From: Macrostomum lignano
Lineage: Eukaryota
DNA length: 64,000 nt
Reading direction: 5' to 3'
Assembly: GCA_002269645.1 (NCBI GenBank)
Contig: NIVC01001556.1
Coordinates: forward strand, 62,001-126,000
Of the stretch, positions 25,626 to 37,744 are shown in pieces. A program made the translations under genes and the position numbers. The notes beneath the pieces are model-generated. The model was not told the DNA's origin and ran no database searches. It saw nothing but the letters and a program-made list of their open reading frames with translations. Within the stretch, counting starts at the first letter, position 1; each line of letters starts with the position of its first letter.

Positions 25626-27857
25626 ATGTCACTCATGGAATCTCCAGGCCAGCGGATGCCGAACGGTCACTGCACTGACGCAGTCCCGGACGAAGCTGCA
25701 GTGGCAGCTACGAGCTTCGAACAGCTGCAGCTCGAGAATCGACAGCTGCGCGCCCAGCTGGACGACCTGACCGACGCCTGGGAGGGCGTCCGGGCGGAGG
25801 TCAACGACGAGTGCGCAGCCAGGGAGCGACTGCAGGCCGGCCTGATGGCAGCTCGAGCCGAGCTGGAGGCGGAGCGGCGCGGACGTCTGGTGGCCGAAGC
25901 GCAGTTGCAGAAAGACGCTTCTGAGGCGGCCGCGCTCAAAGAGAGATGCGAGCGGGCGCTGCGAGAGAGAGCCGAGCTGCGCACAGGGACGGCCGAGCTA
26001 AAGGCCAGGCTTGAAGCTGCTGTCAGGTGGAATTTTATATTAGCTAGTTCTCATCTGATGCTTACTCTGAGCTGAGACTTTGGTGTTGAAAATGTGATTT
26101 GGTGTCTACTGATCTATGCTCCAGTGTTTGCTGGTATCTGTGGTCGGAGCAGCTCAGCAGTGGACGCGTCTTATTCTCGACCCTGGTTCTATTCCGTTCG
26201 CACACTCATCGAAAAACTGACCGGGGGTTTTCCGTCCGTGTCACACCCATGAGGGTCAACCCGAAAGCACAGAGTGTACATTCCTGACTTAGAAAGTCAG
26301 TGCCGCTGTACGAGCTACACCCCGTGTGAGAGTACGAGTCTGTGCCTGTGTACAGTACGAGTACCCAAACAGACACTTTTAAACACTCGTATTTTGTCTG
26401 TTTGTTAATGCCGGCTTATATTATCGCCAGTAGTTCCACATGTTAAGGATTGCTCAAATACATTTACAATGGGTCTGAACCAACTAAACATTGTTTTGAG
26501 CTGTCTTTAACCCGCAAAGAGAGTAGCGGCAATGCAAACCGACCTTTAATACGACGTATTTGACAGTATATCTCCTGTCTATTTACCATAAGCTATGTTA
26601 GTGTTCGGCCACAGTTACTAACCTCGCCACTTTCAGAGATCTGGAGGCGTCTCGAGCTGAGATTGCAAGCCTTTCTGAGCGTCTGCAGGCTGCTCAAAGA
26701 CCACCTGACGATGAAGCCATTGAAACTGGAAGACTGCTGGAACAGCAACCGAAAGAATGTCAGTGTTCAACGAAGATAGCAAAACCCATGATCAAACGAT
26801 CAGCAGATGAAATTTCCAAGTCAGACCATCCAAACAGTCGGTCCAGTCAGCGCGATAGAAACTCATCGATTAGGCGATCGAGTTTAGCAGCTGACACCGG
26901 CAGCAGCAGTACTTTCAAACCCAAACTAACAGATGACGGAGTCCTAAGCGGTGGTAGTGCCATAATAGTTCGGCTGCACAGGTTGGAACGAGAAAACTCG
27001 GCGCTTAGACGGCAACTGGGCATCCCTGAGGACTCTGATCTCCCTGCTAATGTGTTCTATGGTAAATAATTTAGAGAGTTTAATAATCATTACAACCTCA
27101 CTCTCTGCCCCAGCACCCCAGCTTTAACAGCCACCTCACTCTCTGTCTCAGCACCCCAACTTTAACAGCCACCTCACTCTCTGTCTCAGCACCCCAACTT
27201 TACCAGCCACCTCACTCCCTGTCCCAGAACCCCAACTTTAACAGCCACCTCACTCCCTGTCCCAGCACCCCAACTTTAACAGCCACCTCACTCCCTGTCC
27301 CAGAACCCCAACTTTAACAGCCACCTCACTCCCTGTCCCAGCACCCCAACTTTACCAGCCACCTCACTCCCTGTCCCAGAACCCCAACTTTAACAGCCAC
27401 CTCACTCCCTGTCCCAGCACCCCCAACTTTAACAGCCACCTCACTCCCTGTCCCAGCACCCCAGCTTTAACAGCCACCTCACTCTCTGTCTCAGCACCCC
27501 AACTTTACCAGCCACCTCACTCCCTGCTCAAGCACTTTTAACAGTGCTGACTTTAACAGCCTACCACTCCAACACCTACTTATGTGCTACCATAGTAACT
27601 ATAGAACTTGCTTTTTTCAGCCCATGCTGCTATAGTTCAACAACATGTACATGTAGAAGTCAATTTTTGTACACATCTAACTTTACTCAACAGTCCGAAG
27701 TGGCAGTCCCGACCGGTCGTCGAAAATGAATAGTACTTCAACCGCCCATTCAACGTCCTTGCAAAGTAGAAATCATGGGCGTCTGGACGTTGCACAGTGG
27801 ACGGCGAGACACGAGCAACTAAAACGCTTGCTGGAACAGCGTCTTGGCAATGCTTGA
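25626..27857 (+). CDS. Orphan coiled-coil protein, 3 exons (25626-26026, 26637-27061, 27694-27857), ~329 aa
   Basis: Phase-compatible GT-AG junctions (AG|A = Arg; G|TC = Val); branch-like TACTAAC and CATCTAAC upstream of the acceptors; heptad-rich EQLQLENRQLRAQLDDL and RLHRLERENSALRRQL; TGA at 27855-57. Confidence 0.7.
27095..27560. repeat. 38-bp minisatellite (ccacctcactccctgtcccagcaccccaactttaacag) filling intron 2 of the coiled-coil gene
   Basis: About 12 copies seen directly. Confidence 0.9.
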
Positions 27858-28662
27858 CTTCAGGTCTTGTTGATACTCGTAGAATTAACTCAGTGCGCAA
27901 GAATTTGAAAAGTTATACCGTATCCAATAGTACTTGCAGGTACTTGCAGGTACTCGTACACTTAAAAATCGTATTTATACACCTTTCTATCATATTGGAA
28001 AGCTGTCTGGTACAGCTGTAATTATCATTCCAGCTCAAAGTTCGGTCCGCGGCCAGTTACTGAACAGATTTCTTATCGAATTTCACAACATATAGCTTTC
28101 CAAAAAAGTATGTTTCAGGTTAAAAATTTGTTAGAAGTGTCGCATACACTATATAGAAATGAGAAAAGTAAGTGAACCAGAGCTGGCTATATACGTGGAT
28201 TATTTATTAAATCGTGTCCTTGTTTATTATTTGAAAATCAACAAATACATGACATTTCATGACATTGTTAGCAACTAGGAGGCTAAAGATCAAGCAAATG
28301 ATAAGCATACCGGTTTCATGTTAAACATACAATCACTCCTGCAATTGTTTATTGGCTAGTTAAGTCAAAGATTACGGTGCTTAATTATCTAACTTTCCTT
28401 AGTTAAACTATTACTGATCTTCTTAGCGGTGGGATCAAAACTCATTAGACATATAGCAGGCATCAAACACAGACGAATACTGCGATTTCTTGGTGATTTC
28501 AACTAATACCGAGTTTTGTAAGTGCCGAGAGCTTTAAATTAACTTTATACATGTACGACCGTTTGATGACATTACAGAAGAGACTCTTCTAGCAACTGGG
28601 CTAAATAATGTTTTATTTTGGGGGAAACATGTAAGTGTTGCTTGCTGTCCATAACTGAATCG

Positions 28663-28998
28663 TTAGCAGCTGCTGTCAGGTAAAGGGCAGCAATAATTAC
28701 CAGATTCTCTCAGGTAGAGAGCGCGGCGATTGCTTGGCTGACAATGGTTGTTGATCTGGACAGTCACAGAATTGCCGTTGCCGCAAATATTAACCAGAGA
28801 GCCGTACTGACTGATACTACTGGCAATAGTAGAATCTCTACTAATACCATTAGTACGGCGGGCTTCGGTTCGAGACTCCCTGGCGCTGCTGTTCGTGATG
28901 TTGTCTGACGTCTGTCTGGCGAGCTGTTTCCGACCGGCCTGACTTCGCATGGCCACATTCTGACTGTCGCTCTCGATTGGCTTTGTTGAGGTCTCCAT
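28663..28998 (-). CDS. Possible small ORF or exon (111 aa, Ser/Arg/Asn-rich), unidentified
   Basis: ATG-initiated ORF, more GC-rich than its flanks; no recognisable family. Confidence 0.25.
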   Translation of the reverse strand: METSTKPIESDSQNVAMRSQAGRKQLARQTSDNITNSSARESRTEARRTNGISRDSTIASSISQYGSLVNICGNGNSVTVQINNHCQPSNRRALYLRESGNYCCPLPDSSC

Positions 28999-29419
28999 TA
29001 GGTTTGGCTTTCTTTAGAGTAATTGCGACGCAGTTGCCGCAAATGTCGTGTTTATAGCAATTATAGTGCCTAGTTAATTTACAATTATTTCAGCTATTTG
29101 CTACACAAGCTCTGAGTTGAGAAACGAGGTTCTAAGAGCGTATATTGTGCTTTGAAGAGTTTGAGTCATCTTTAAAATTGTACTAGCAAGAATTGCACCC
29201 GATGGCTTTGCCTGTACGTCAATTGTCTTGAGCAGAAAGAATAAAAGTCTACTAATGAAGAATAATGGGTTTGTGCAATTTCTATTTTTACCCAAGCTTC
29301 TCAAGCTAGCTTCAATAGAATTCTTCACATTTGGTGTCGAATCACTATTTCATACTTACGTTGATGAAACCTGATTAAATTTTAGTGCTTAAAACTAAGA
29401 ATTTCTTGCCTCGCTTTGC

Positions 29420-29600
29420 ACTCTTCTCCCTCCTCTCTCATTCCTCTCCCTCTCCTCTCATTCGATCCTCTCCCTCCCCCCTCATTCCTCTCTCTCCCTC
29501 TCATTCCTCTCCCTCCCCTATCCTTCCTCTCCCTCCCTCTCATTCTAGCTCTCCCACTCCAATCTTACCTCTTCCTCCTGTCAAATCTCTCTCCCCTCTT
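29420..29600. repeat. CT-rich low-complexity tract
   Basis: Imperfect (tcattcctctccctcccctc)-like units. Confidence 0.75.
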
Positions 29601-30332
29601 ATTCCGATCTTCTATTTATTGTACTAGATATACATTAGCCGAGAAATATTCAAGATACATGTAAAGTAAATGGAATATGGAAGCTAGGTTTTGTTAATAT
29701 AATCAGAGGTTTCATTAAGGTTTCGCTTTCAGTATTTTTTTCATTGAAATTACGAGCATACAAGTTTCATTAAATTCCTAAAAAATGAATTGATTTCGAA
29801 CGAGGATCCAAATGTCCCGAAGCTATTTAGCTTTTTGCTTCGGTTGCCTACAATCTTCCTGTCAATTACAGCTCTGCATCTCTTCCATTTTTAATTGAAT
29901 ATCTCATTTTAGCATAAAAATGAAAGCTTTACTTCAAAACCCTAATTTTTATTTCGGTCAATTTTGCAGTGTTTGTGTTGGCAAATAGGATCTCGAACAA
30001 AACAAGCTTCGGCTTTATCAACGCGGATGCAATAAAACAATTTTTTAAAAATAATATTACTTATTCGCCCTTATTGTTAATATTTAACCAAAAATTCAAT
30101 TTTAAACAATAGTATTAACGTTGTTTCCTTTTTATTTATCAAATACATTTGGGTTTGTGCATCGTCTGCATCCATTTTAGTTTCAGATTTCATGACTATT
30201 TTCAATTGTCCAAAGCAAAATTCTTATCTACCTTGATTTCCTGTTTAAGACAGATTTGTAAGGAATTATTATTGTAGTAGTTCATGTTCGTAGACTTTTA
30301 CTGTACTTAAAGTATACAATTTTTTTTAAAAA

Positions 30333-32546
30333 ATGAGCAAAAAGTTGCTTACAGAGCAAAACACCCTGCCTGATATGTGTGTGCATTTAAATGGAGTTGC
30401 TCCTGCTCCACGCAGAGACTTTTTCGACTTGAAGGTGTCATTGAAGCAGAAAAAGGTTTGTTGTATTTAGTACTTTTCCATTCTTGCCATAGGAACGCTA
30501 AAATTCTTAATAGAATAAATTCTTTGAATATGCTAGCTGCTATGGTATTTTTGCTTCACATTATCATTGACAATAATTTAGCAATTTTGTTAGTTAACAG
30601 AAATAAATCACAAATTATTAATAAATGAATATTTTTAGCTCTGTTTATTAGCAAAGTAAACAGAGTAAATTGTTTCGTGTTGTCGGTCTTTGTTAGTATT
30701 TAGAGTTTCTTATTTAATTTCATATGTAAAACTCAATTATGAATTTCGCTGATATATTGTTTTAACATATGCTCAATTACAATTGAAAACTAAGTTATTT
30801 TAATTCCTGATTTGTCTTAAATTTTGATATTACTGTATTTTGCTTATTTGAAAGCATTTTATATGTTAATAGCTTGCTAAATATTTATGTTTTATTGTAT
30901 TCGGACAAAAAAACTAAAATTTGGTTTTTCCTATTGCAAGACATTTAAGGAAACTCATTTGTTTCATTTAGGTTATTTATTGAAGACAGATATCCACCCA
31001 TCCATTATTCACATGTATTATTTTAAAATACAAAAACTTCTACTCTATATATACAATGCATTAGGCTTCACTCAATCGTCTCTGAACAGAAGCTTTAAAA
31101 TGAATAAAACATTATTAGCTTGAACTATCATCTAATTTCACTAGGGCAGAATTCATACAATTACCTTCAAATCCACTGTATTGGGCATCGTGTAAGCAGC
31201 CTGTTCTACATGATTTATAAGCTGGAAAACTTCTGCACACTGCGCGTTGCCGCAAGTGAAAGCAAGGGGCAGTCAGGCCCATTCCGCTGCCCCTGAGCAC
31301 ACAAACAGATACGTACCCAGGCACCCGCTTCTACAGGGTGTATAACAGTCCTGGCAACAGTAAAATCAATAAAAAGACCATGGGTATATTCCGTCTGTAA
31401 AAAGACTTGTGATTGCACCGAAACGTTAGTGAACTACTAGATGTCAAACTCGCTAATGTACTTTATATTTTGTCTTCACCCACCCCGCAGGTGAGCTTGA
31501 TCAAGTGGATTATCACTTCTCGCCAGGAGGAGGGCAAACTGCGTCCCGCCGAAGTTACCGACAAGTTCGAAGATTTCCCTAGCGAAATGATGAACCGTAA
31601 GTTGCAACCAACTGTTTTTTAATTCAATGATTTATTCCTAACTAATTACCCTTCCCCCGGCTCCAGGCTACATACCTTACGTGTTCGGCAAAGACATTGT
31701 GCGCTACATCGAAGGCCTGATTGAAGGCAATTATGATTGGCTGGTCCGCCTACCTGACGATCTGCTTGTCTACCTGTTGACCTTTCTCAATCTGGAGGAT
31801 ATTGAACGATTGTCGCATGTTAGCACGCGATTGAAAATTGTGAGTTTGCCAATGTCTAAAAAAGCGACTTAGTAATCTTAGAAATCTTAACGATAGATTC
31901 ATAAATTAAAAACCAGGACCTCAGCTCCGGACAGCAGCACACTTTCGAACTTTCTAACTAGCAGTTTTGCGCAAGTTATAATAGATTCTTTCATAATCTC
32001 GAATGCTTCCCTGCAGATCTGCACTTCTGACGCGCTGTGGAAGAAGCTGTTCCATCTGCACATGCCGTCCCTGGTCAGCCCAGAGGTTGACTCTCTGGCC
32101 GATGAGAACGGTTGGAAGAGCGTCTTCTATTCGCGTATATTTGAGCGCAAAGTGAGCACAATCTGCCCTTCCTATTGCTGTTCAGGCTCATGGATCTTTG
32201 AATACAGAGAGTTGCGCAATCGCTTGCACAATTTTTGTTTGTTTTCCAGCTTCGCGCCAAGCACCTGCTGCAGTCCCAAAGCAGCGAGGCATCGACGCCT
32301 CGGCTTACATCGGCGTCGACGATTTCTCGCGACTCGCCGACACCGTCGCGTTCGGTCAGCGCCGTGGCCGCGGCTGCCGACGGTCGGAGACGTCGTGGCG
32401 ATGATCAAATGGATGACGAAGATGAGGATATTGGCAGCGAAGGCATGGACGATGAGTCGCTGATGTCCTGGCGGTTGACGAGGACGCCGGCAGAGGAGAG
32501 AGAGCTGGGTCAGCAGGAGCTGGAGCTGGAGAGCGTTGTGGAATAA
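30333..32546 (+). CDS. FBXO36: F-box only protein 36 orthologue, 5 exons (30333-30455, 31491-31596, 31667-31839, 32017-32151, 32250-32546), ~277 aa
   Basis: The spliced product matches the FBXO36 layout as recalled: GVAPAPRRDFFDLKV; VSLIKWIITSR..KLRPAEVTDKFEDF; VFGKDIVRYIEGLIEGNYDWLVRLPDDLLVYLLTFLNLEDIERLSHVS (F-box); ICTSDALW; LADENGWKSVFY. All four introns are GT-AG with matching phases. Confidence 0.88.
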
Positions 32547-32629
32547 ATTTCTGCAATTCTGATGAGCACATTTTGGACTCTTGCGAATTGTTACGACGAA
32601 TTGAAAAACAGTCGGATAGGGAAAATAGT

Positions 32630-33548
32630 GCGGGATTTGATGTAACTGGAGTGAAGTTTGATACAACTGGTGTGCAATTTGATGCAACTGGAGTGAAGTT
32701 TGATACAACTGGTGTGCAATTTGATGCAACTGGAGTGAAGTTTGATGCAACTGCTGTGCAATTTGATGCAACTGGAGTGAAGTTTGATGCAACTGCTGTG
32801 CAATTTGATGCAACTGGAGTGAAGTTTGATGCAACTGCTGTGCAATTTGATGCAACTGGAGTGAAGTTTGATGCAACTGGTGTGCAATTTGATGCAACTG
32901 GAGTGAAGTTTGATGCAACTGCTGTGCAATTTGATGCAACTGGAGTGAAGTTTGATGCAACTGCTGTGCAATTTGATGCAACTGGAGTGAAGTTTGATAC
33001 AACTGGTGTGCAATTTGATGCAACTGGAGTGAAGTTTGATGCAACTGCTGTGCAATTTGATGCAACTGGAGTGAAGTTTGATGCAACTGCTGTGCAATTT
33101 GATGCAACTGGAGTGAAGTTTGATGCAACTGCTGTGCAATTTGATGCAACTGGTGTGCAATTTGATGCAACTGGAGTGAAGTTTGATGCAACTGGTGTGC
33201 AATTTGATGCAACTGGAGTGAAGTTTGATACAACTGGTGTGCAATTTGATGCAACTGGAGTGAAGTTTGATACAACTGGTGTGCAATTTGATGCAACTGG
33301 AGTGAAGTTTGATGCAACTGCTGTGCAATTTGATGCAACTGGTGTGCAATTTGATGCAACTGGAGTGAAGTTTGATGCAACTGGTGTGCAATTTGATGCA
33401 ACTGGAGTGAAGTTTGATGCAACTGGTGTGCAATTTGATGCAACTGCTGTGCAATTTGATGCAACTGGCGTGAAGTTTGATGCAACTGGTGTGCAATTTG
33501 ATGCAACTGCTGTGCAATTTGATGCAACTGGTGCAGAATTTGATGCAG
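32630..33548. repeat. 21-bp minisatellite (tttgatgcaactggagtgaag / tttgatgcaactgctgtgcaa) starting ~85 bp after the FBXO36 stop
   Basis: About 43 copies; explains the overlapping 334-451 aa ORFs on both strands. Confidence 0.95.
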
Positions 33549-34063
33549 CTTCTTCTGGTGTTCCCAGCAAAGTGTACCAACTTTTTTACTTGCAACTCTT
33601 AGAGGTTAAAAGCAAGCAACCAAAAAAATTTACTGGGTGCTTCTTGCGTTGGCTTTAGTCATCCTCATTCCCATATCCTTGCTACCTGTGCCTCTGTACT
33701 TCTCCGTCCACTAACGGATTTTTGATCTTTTGTAATCAATGTTTTCATTCTTTTGATCGATTTCTTTTGCGCGCGTTATGCAACAATACTAGAAACTTTC
33801 TACTGTAAGTACTATTCAATGCTTAAAACTAATTGCGTTTCTCCTTTTATTTATTCAATTTTTTTCTTAGCTATTGACGCAAAAAATACACTGTGCTGTC
33901 GCAGTGGCCCGGATAATTCGAATTATTAATTCCACGCTTTGCTGTTTTCATATTTAAACTTTGGAATAGACTTTTGGGTTTCGTGATTTTGTGATAATAA
34001 AGTGAGTCCACCAACCCAACCCGCTTCTTTGCAGCGGACGGGCCACCTTCCGGCGCCACAGCC

Positions 34064-36517
34064 ATGGACCATTTCGACATATCAAGCGGCGCTCCTGCCC
34101 TGCAGTGCTTCTCCAACCTTGAGGCCGGGCCGCCCCCCTTCGCCATGCTCAACATGATGGTTGACGAGCATATCAGCAGCCGGCCCGAGGCTGGGCGGGA
34201 GTCCGCCTTATCGGAGACTGGAAGTTCAACATCGGATGCGGAGTCTGAGAAATCGGTGGAGGAGCAGCAGCAGCAGCAGCAAGCACCTCCGGTGCAGCAG
34301 CAACTGTTGAGCAATCGCAGCGGCATCATCAGACCGCCCAGACCGGGAATTTCTCGTTTGCTTGAACAAAACGAAGAAGAGCAGCAGCAGCAGCAGGAGC
34401 AACAAATGCCAGAGGAGCAACAAATTTCCAGCATACCGAAGCCTAGAAATATTCGTCCGCCAGGGCAGAATCTGGAACAACGGCCGCAGCAGCAGCAGCA
34501 GGCAATTCAGGTGCAGCGACCACTGTTTGGCAAACACGGTGACATCGTCAAACCTCCCAGAGCGGCAATTTCTCGTCCTATTGAACAAAAGAAAGAAGAG
34601 CAACAGCAGCAGCAGCAACAGCAGCAGCAGCAAGTTCAACAGGCCCCTCCGCGTCCAAAACCATCCAGCATTTTATCTCCGGTGTCTGAGCGAAAACTGC
34701 AGCCACTGCGCCCGGCCTCTAAAGGGTCTCCCCCGGTCCCGGCTGAGCAGCAGCAGCAGGAGGTGCAGCTACTGGAGCAACAGCCGCAGAAGAAGACTTC
34801 ACAAAACGATGACGTCTCGCTTGAAGAACAAAGACTCGAGCATCAAACGAAGAAACAAGCCCCTGCTTCTTCTAGTAGCAGCGCTAGCAATGTTGCACCA
34901 GCAACAGCGGCAAATCAAACCAGCCTGTTTAATTCTGCCAGGGGCTCGACAGCGACCGCCGCCCCAACTACGAGCAGACAGGATACTCGATTCGACACTT
35001 CGAAACCGTCGCAAAGAAGCAACCTGTTTGGCAGCTTTGGCAGGAACCAAGACTATTCCAATACGGGCTTCGGCAGGAACCAAGACCATTCCAATACAGG
35101 CTTCGGCAGGAACCAAGACTATTCCAATACAGGCTTCGGCAGGAACTAAGACTATTCCAATACAGGCTTCGGCAGGAACCAAGACTATTCCAATACAGGC
35201 TTCGGCAGGAACCAAGACTATTCCAATACAGGCTTCGGCAGGAACCAAGACTATTCCAATACAGGCTTCGGCAGGAACCAAGACCATTCCAATACAGGCT
35301 TCGGCAGGAACCAAGACTATTCCAATACAGGCTTCGGCAGGAACCAGGACCATTCCAATACAGGCTTCGGCAGGAACCAAGACCATTCCAATACGGGCTT
35401 CGGCAGGAACCAAGACGACCATTCTAATACGGGCTTCGGCAGGAACCAAGACGACCATTCTAATACAGGCTTTAGCATTACGGCTCACAATGCCAATACG
35501 AATAGAGGCGGTGGCTTATTCGGCTCAGGTGACAACTCGAACACGGGTGTGTTCGGCTCGGGCAGTCCTGCCAGTTTCCGTCTCGGATTTGCCGAATCTT
35601 CATCTCTGATGCCGCCTGAGAAGCCGCCGCATTTCTGCCCCTGTTGCGCTGCCCATCGCGCTCAAGAAGAGCAGCAACAGCAGCTGCTGCTGCAGCCGCA
35701 AGAGACGCTCCTGCTGAGCCAGTCGCTGCGCCAGGCAAGCGAGCTGTCCACCCGCCTCACCGAGTCTCTCGAGCGCATCGAACGGCTGGCCTCAAGCACC
35801 ACCGCCGCTGGTGCTGCCGCTTTGCCGCGCTCCCGTTGTCAGCCGCCGTCGATTCCAGCGATGTCAATGACGGCTGCCCCGCCGCCGCCGTCCGCCTCGG
35901 TTGAATTCGGCGACATCAGCGACGCCGAGGCCAGCGAGGAGCGCCGCGCCGATGCGCTGCGCCGCAACCTGCGCCCGGTGTTCACCGGCGCCGCGGCTTG
36001 TTCGAACGGCTCGTTGCTGGGCTCGAGTCCGACTGGCGACCTCCTGCCGCTGCAGTCGCCGGACGGTCGCTGGACGCCCGACAGTCTGCGCGGCCTGATG
36101 GACGTCGGCGCGCTGCGTCAACTGCTGCGCGAACTCGGTGCCGCGTCTCTGGGCGCCTCGGTGTTCGCCGATCTGGAGTCGGCCATCTCAACGGCTGCCG
36201 TGCTGCTCGCCGTGGCCGTCCAGCTGCGCCTGTGGCCGCCGAAGCCGGAGGCCGAGGCGGAGGCCGGGCTCCAATCGACTGTCGAACGCAGTGCCGAACT
36301 CAATCCACATTTGAAGGCCGGAATGAAGCGAGCCTGCGAATGGATGCACAAGTTTGAGACTACTCAGCCGGATCTGCTGCAGCGGCTGGAGCTGGCCAGG
36401 TCTCAGGCTGAGCTCATGAGCGCCCTGGTGCACTGCCTGCGCCTGCAGGAGCAGCAGGCGCCGCGGAAGCAGCAGACAGGCGCCAAGTTGCCGGCTTGTG
36501 CTCCAAGGAAGAAGTAG
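34064..36517 (+). CDS. Q-rich, FG-repeat-containing, largely disordered protein (~817 codons) with one in-frame TAA (35147-49) inside a coding 33-bp repeat; nonsense allele, pseudogene or sequence error
   Basis: ORFs 34064-35149 and 35549-36517 share a frame and are joined by 13 copies of GFGRNQD(Y/H)SNT. Copy 4 has TAA where the others have CAA/CAG. Flanking SNLFG, GGGLFG and TGVFG. Candidate 33-nt 5' intron at 34002-34034. Confidence 0.65.
35033..35470 (+). repeat. Coding tandem repeat, 13 x 33 bp (two copies of 36 bp), encoding GFGRNQD(Y/H)SNT
   Basis: Copies counted directly; the length variants preserve frame. Confidence 0.9.
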
Positions 36518-36642
36518 AGCGTTGGACTGCGCGAATCGCTGCTTTTTGTGTCTTTTTTATTGTTTTTTGCGTGCTTCTGTCGAACAATATAAGCGAATCA
36601 GACTTGATTTTTCTATTTAATTCTGAGTTGAACTGAGTAGTA

Positions 36643-36987
36643 TAAATATCTACCAGTCTAGTATAGATATCTACCAGTCTAGTATAGATATCTACCAGTC
36701 TAGAATAGATATCTACCAGTCTGGTATAGATATCTACCAGTCTAGTATAGATATCTACCAGTCTAGTATAGATATCTACCAGTCTAGAATAGATATCTAC
36801 CAGTCTGGTATAGATATCTACCAGTCTAGTATAGATATCCACCAGTCTAGTATAGATATCTGCCATTATAGTATAGATTTCTGCCATTCTAGTATAGATA
36901 TCTGCCATTCTAGTATAGATATCTGCCATTCTAGAATAGATATCTAACAGCCTAGTATAGATATCTACCAGCCTAGTATAGATATAT
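36643..36987. repeat. 21-bp minisatellite (tagtatagatatctaccagtc) containing the palindrome tagatatcta
   Basis: About 16 copies; explains ORF 36414-36929. Confidence 0.92.
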
Positions 36988-37744
36988 AAGGCACAGTCAA
37001 TGCATTGATGGTAAATATTCTCCAGCCATTATTTAAACAGCTTAATATTACTATTGAAGTGATACTTCGACTCTGTTTTACCCCACAATAACAGCCATTA
37101 CATTAACCAAATTGTAAGCTTGTGAGTGTCATATTTTTATATTATTTATTCAGCACAGAATAGAATCATTTTAATTTTTTTGATTTTTTCTAAAAACTTG
37201 TTTGACCTTTGAATATGATGGCGAGTTGTTTTTTTTGTTTAAACACATTCAGAATATGCTATATCCATTACACAGATTTTTGTGTGCCATGTGTGAACAG
37301 TCATGTTGAACACTAATAGCACAAACATACTTCTCACCTGACTGGCTTGTGGATTATTTGATCGGGTCTTGCCCTAGAATCGTTTTATTCTCGAACTTCT
37401 TTATTTTTATCCACTTTATTGTATATTTATTATTATTACCGAAAGTACAGCTTTCCAAGACACAAATATATATAACATTTTGTGTGCACTGCACTTTTAG
37501 CCGTCGTTAAGACGTATTTACAACTGTATATGCATGGATGCTGTGTCAACATAGGTTTTTCAATTGTACTTTTAGTTACCGTATAAGTATTATAGTTAGT
37601 CATTCGTCAGTAGCAACAAAAAAGGCAAAGAGGATTAATTTCTTATCAAGGTTCAAAAGTTGGGAAATATGGTGTTCCTTGTATATTTCACTGTTCGAAA
37701 ATTGTTGTTGGGAAAGGTTTCTTAAAGCAAAGATATCGATTTGT

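Noticed and set aside
28740-28810. RHIM-like amyloid motif in SLVNICGNGNSVTVQIN
   Set aside because: It lacks the (I/V)Q(I/V/L/C)G core in register, and the ORF itself is unverified
32172-33658. Four long overlapping ORFs (334-451 aa) resembling a repetitive structural or antifreeze protein
   Set aside because: They follow from a 21-bp (3n) tandem unit that is open on both strands; there is no signal peptide or unique domain, and FBXO36 already ends at 32546
15452-36517. Stop-codon reassignment as the explanation for the in-frame stops
   Set aside because: TAA and TGA terminate well-supported genes here (FBXO36 TAA; GVIN, NPF and RhoGEF TGA), and the other genes have no internal stops
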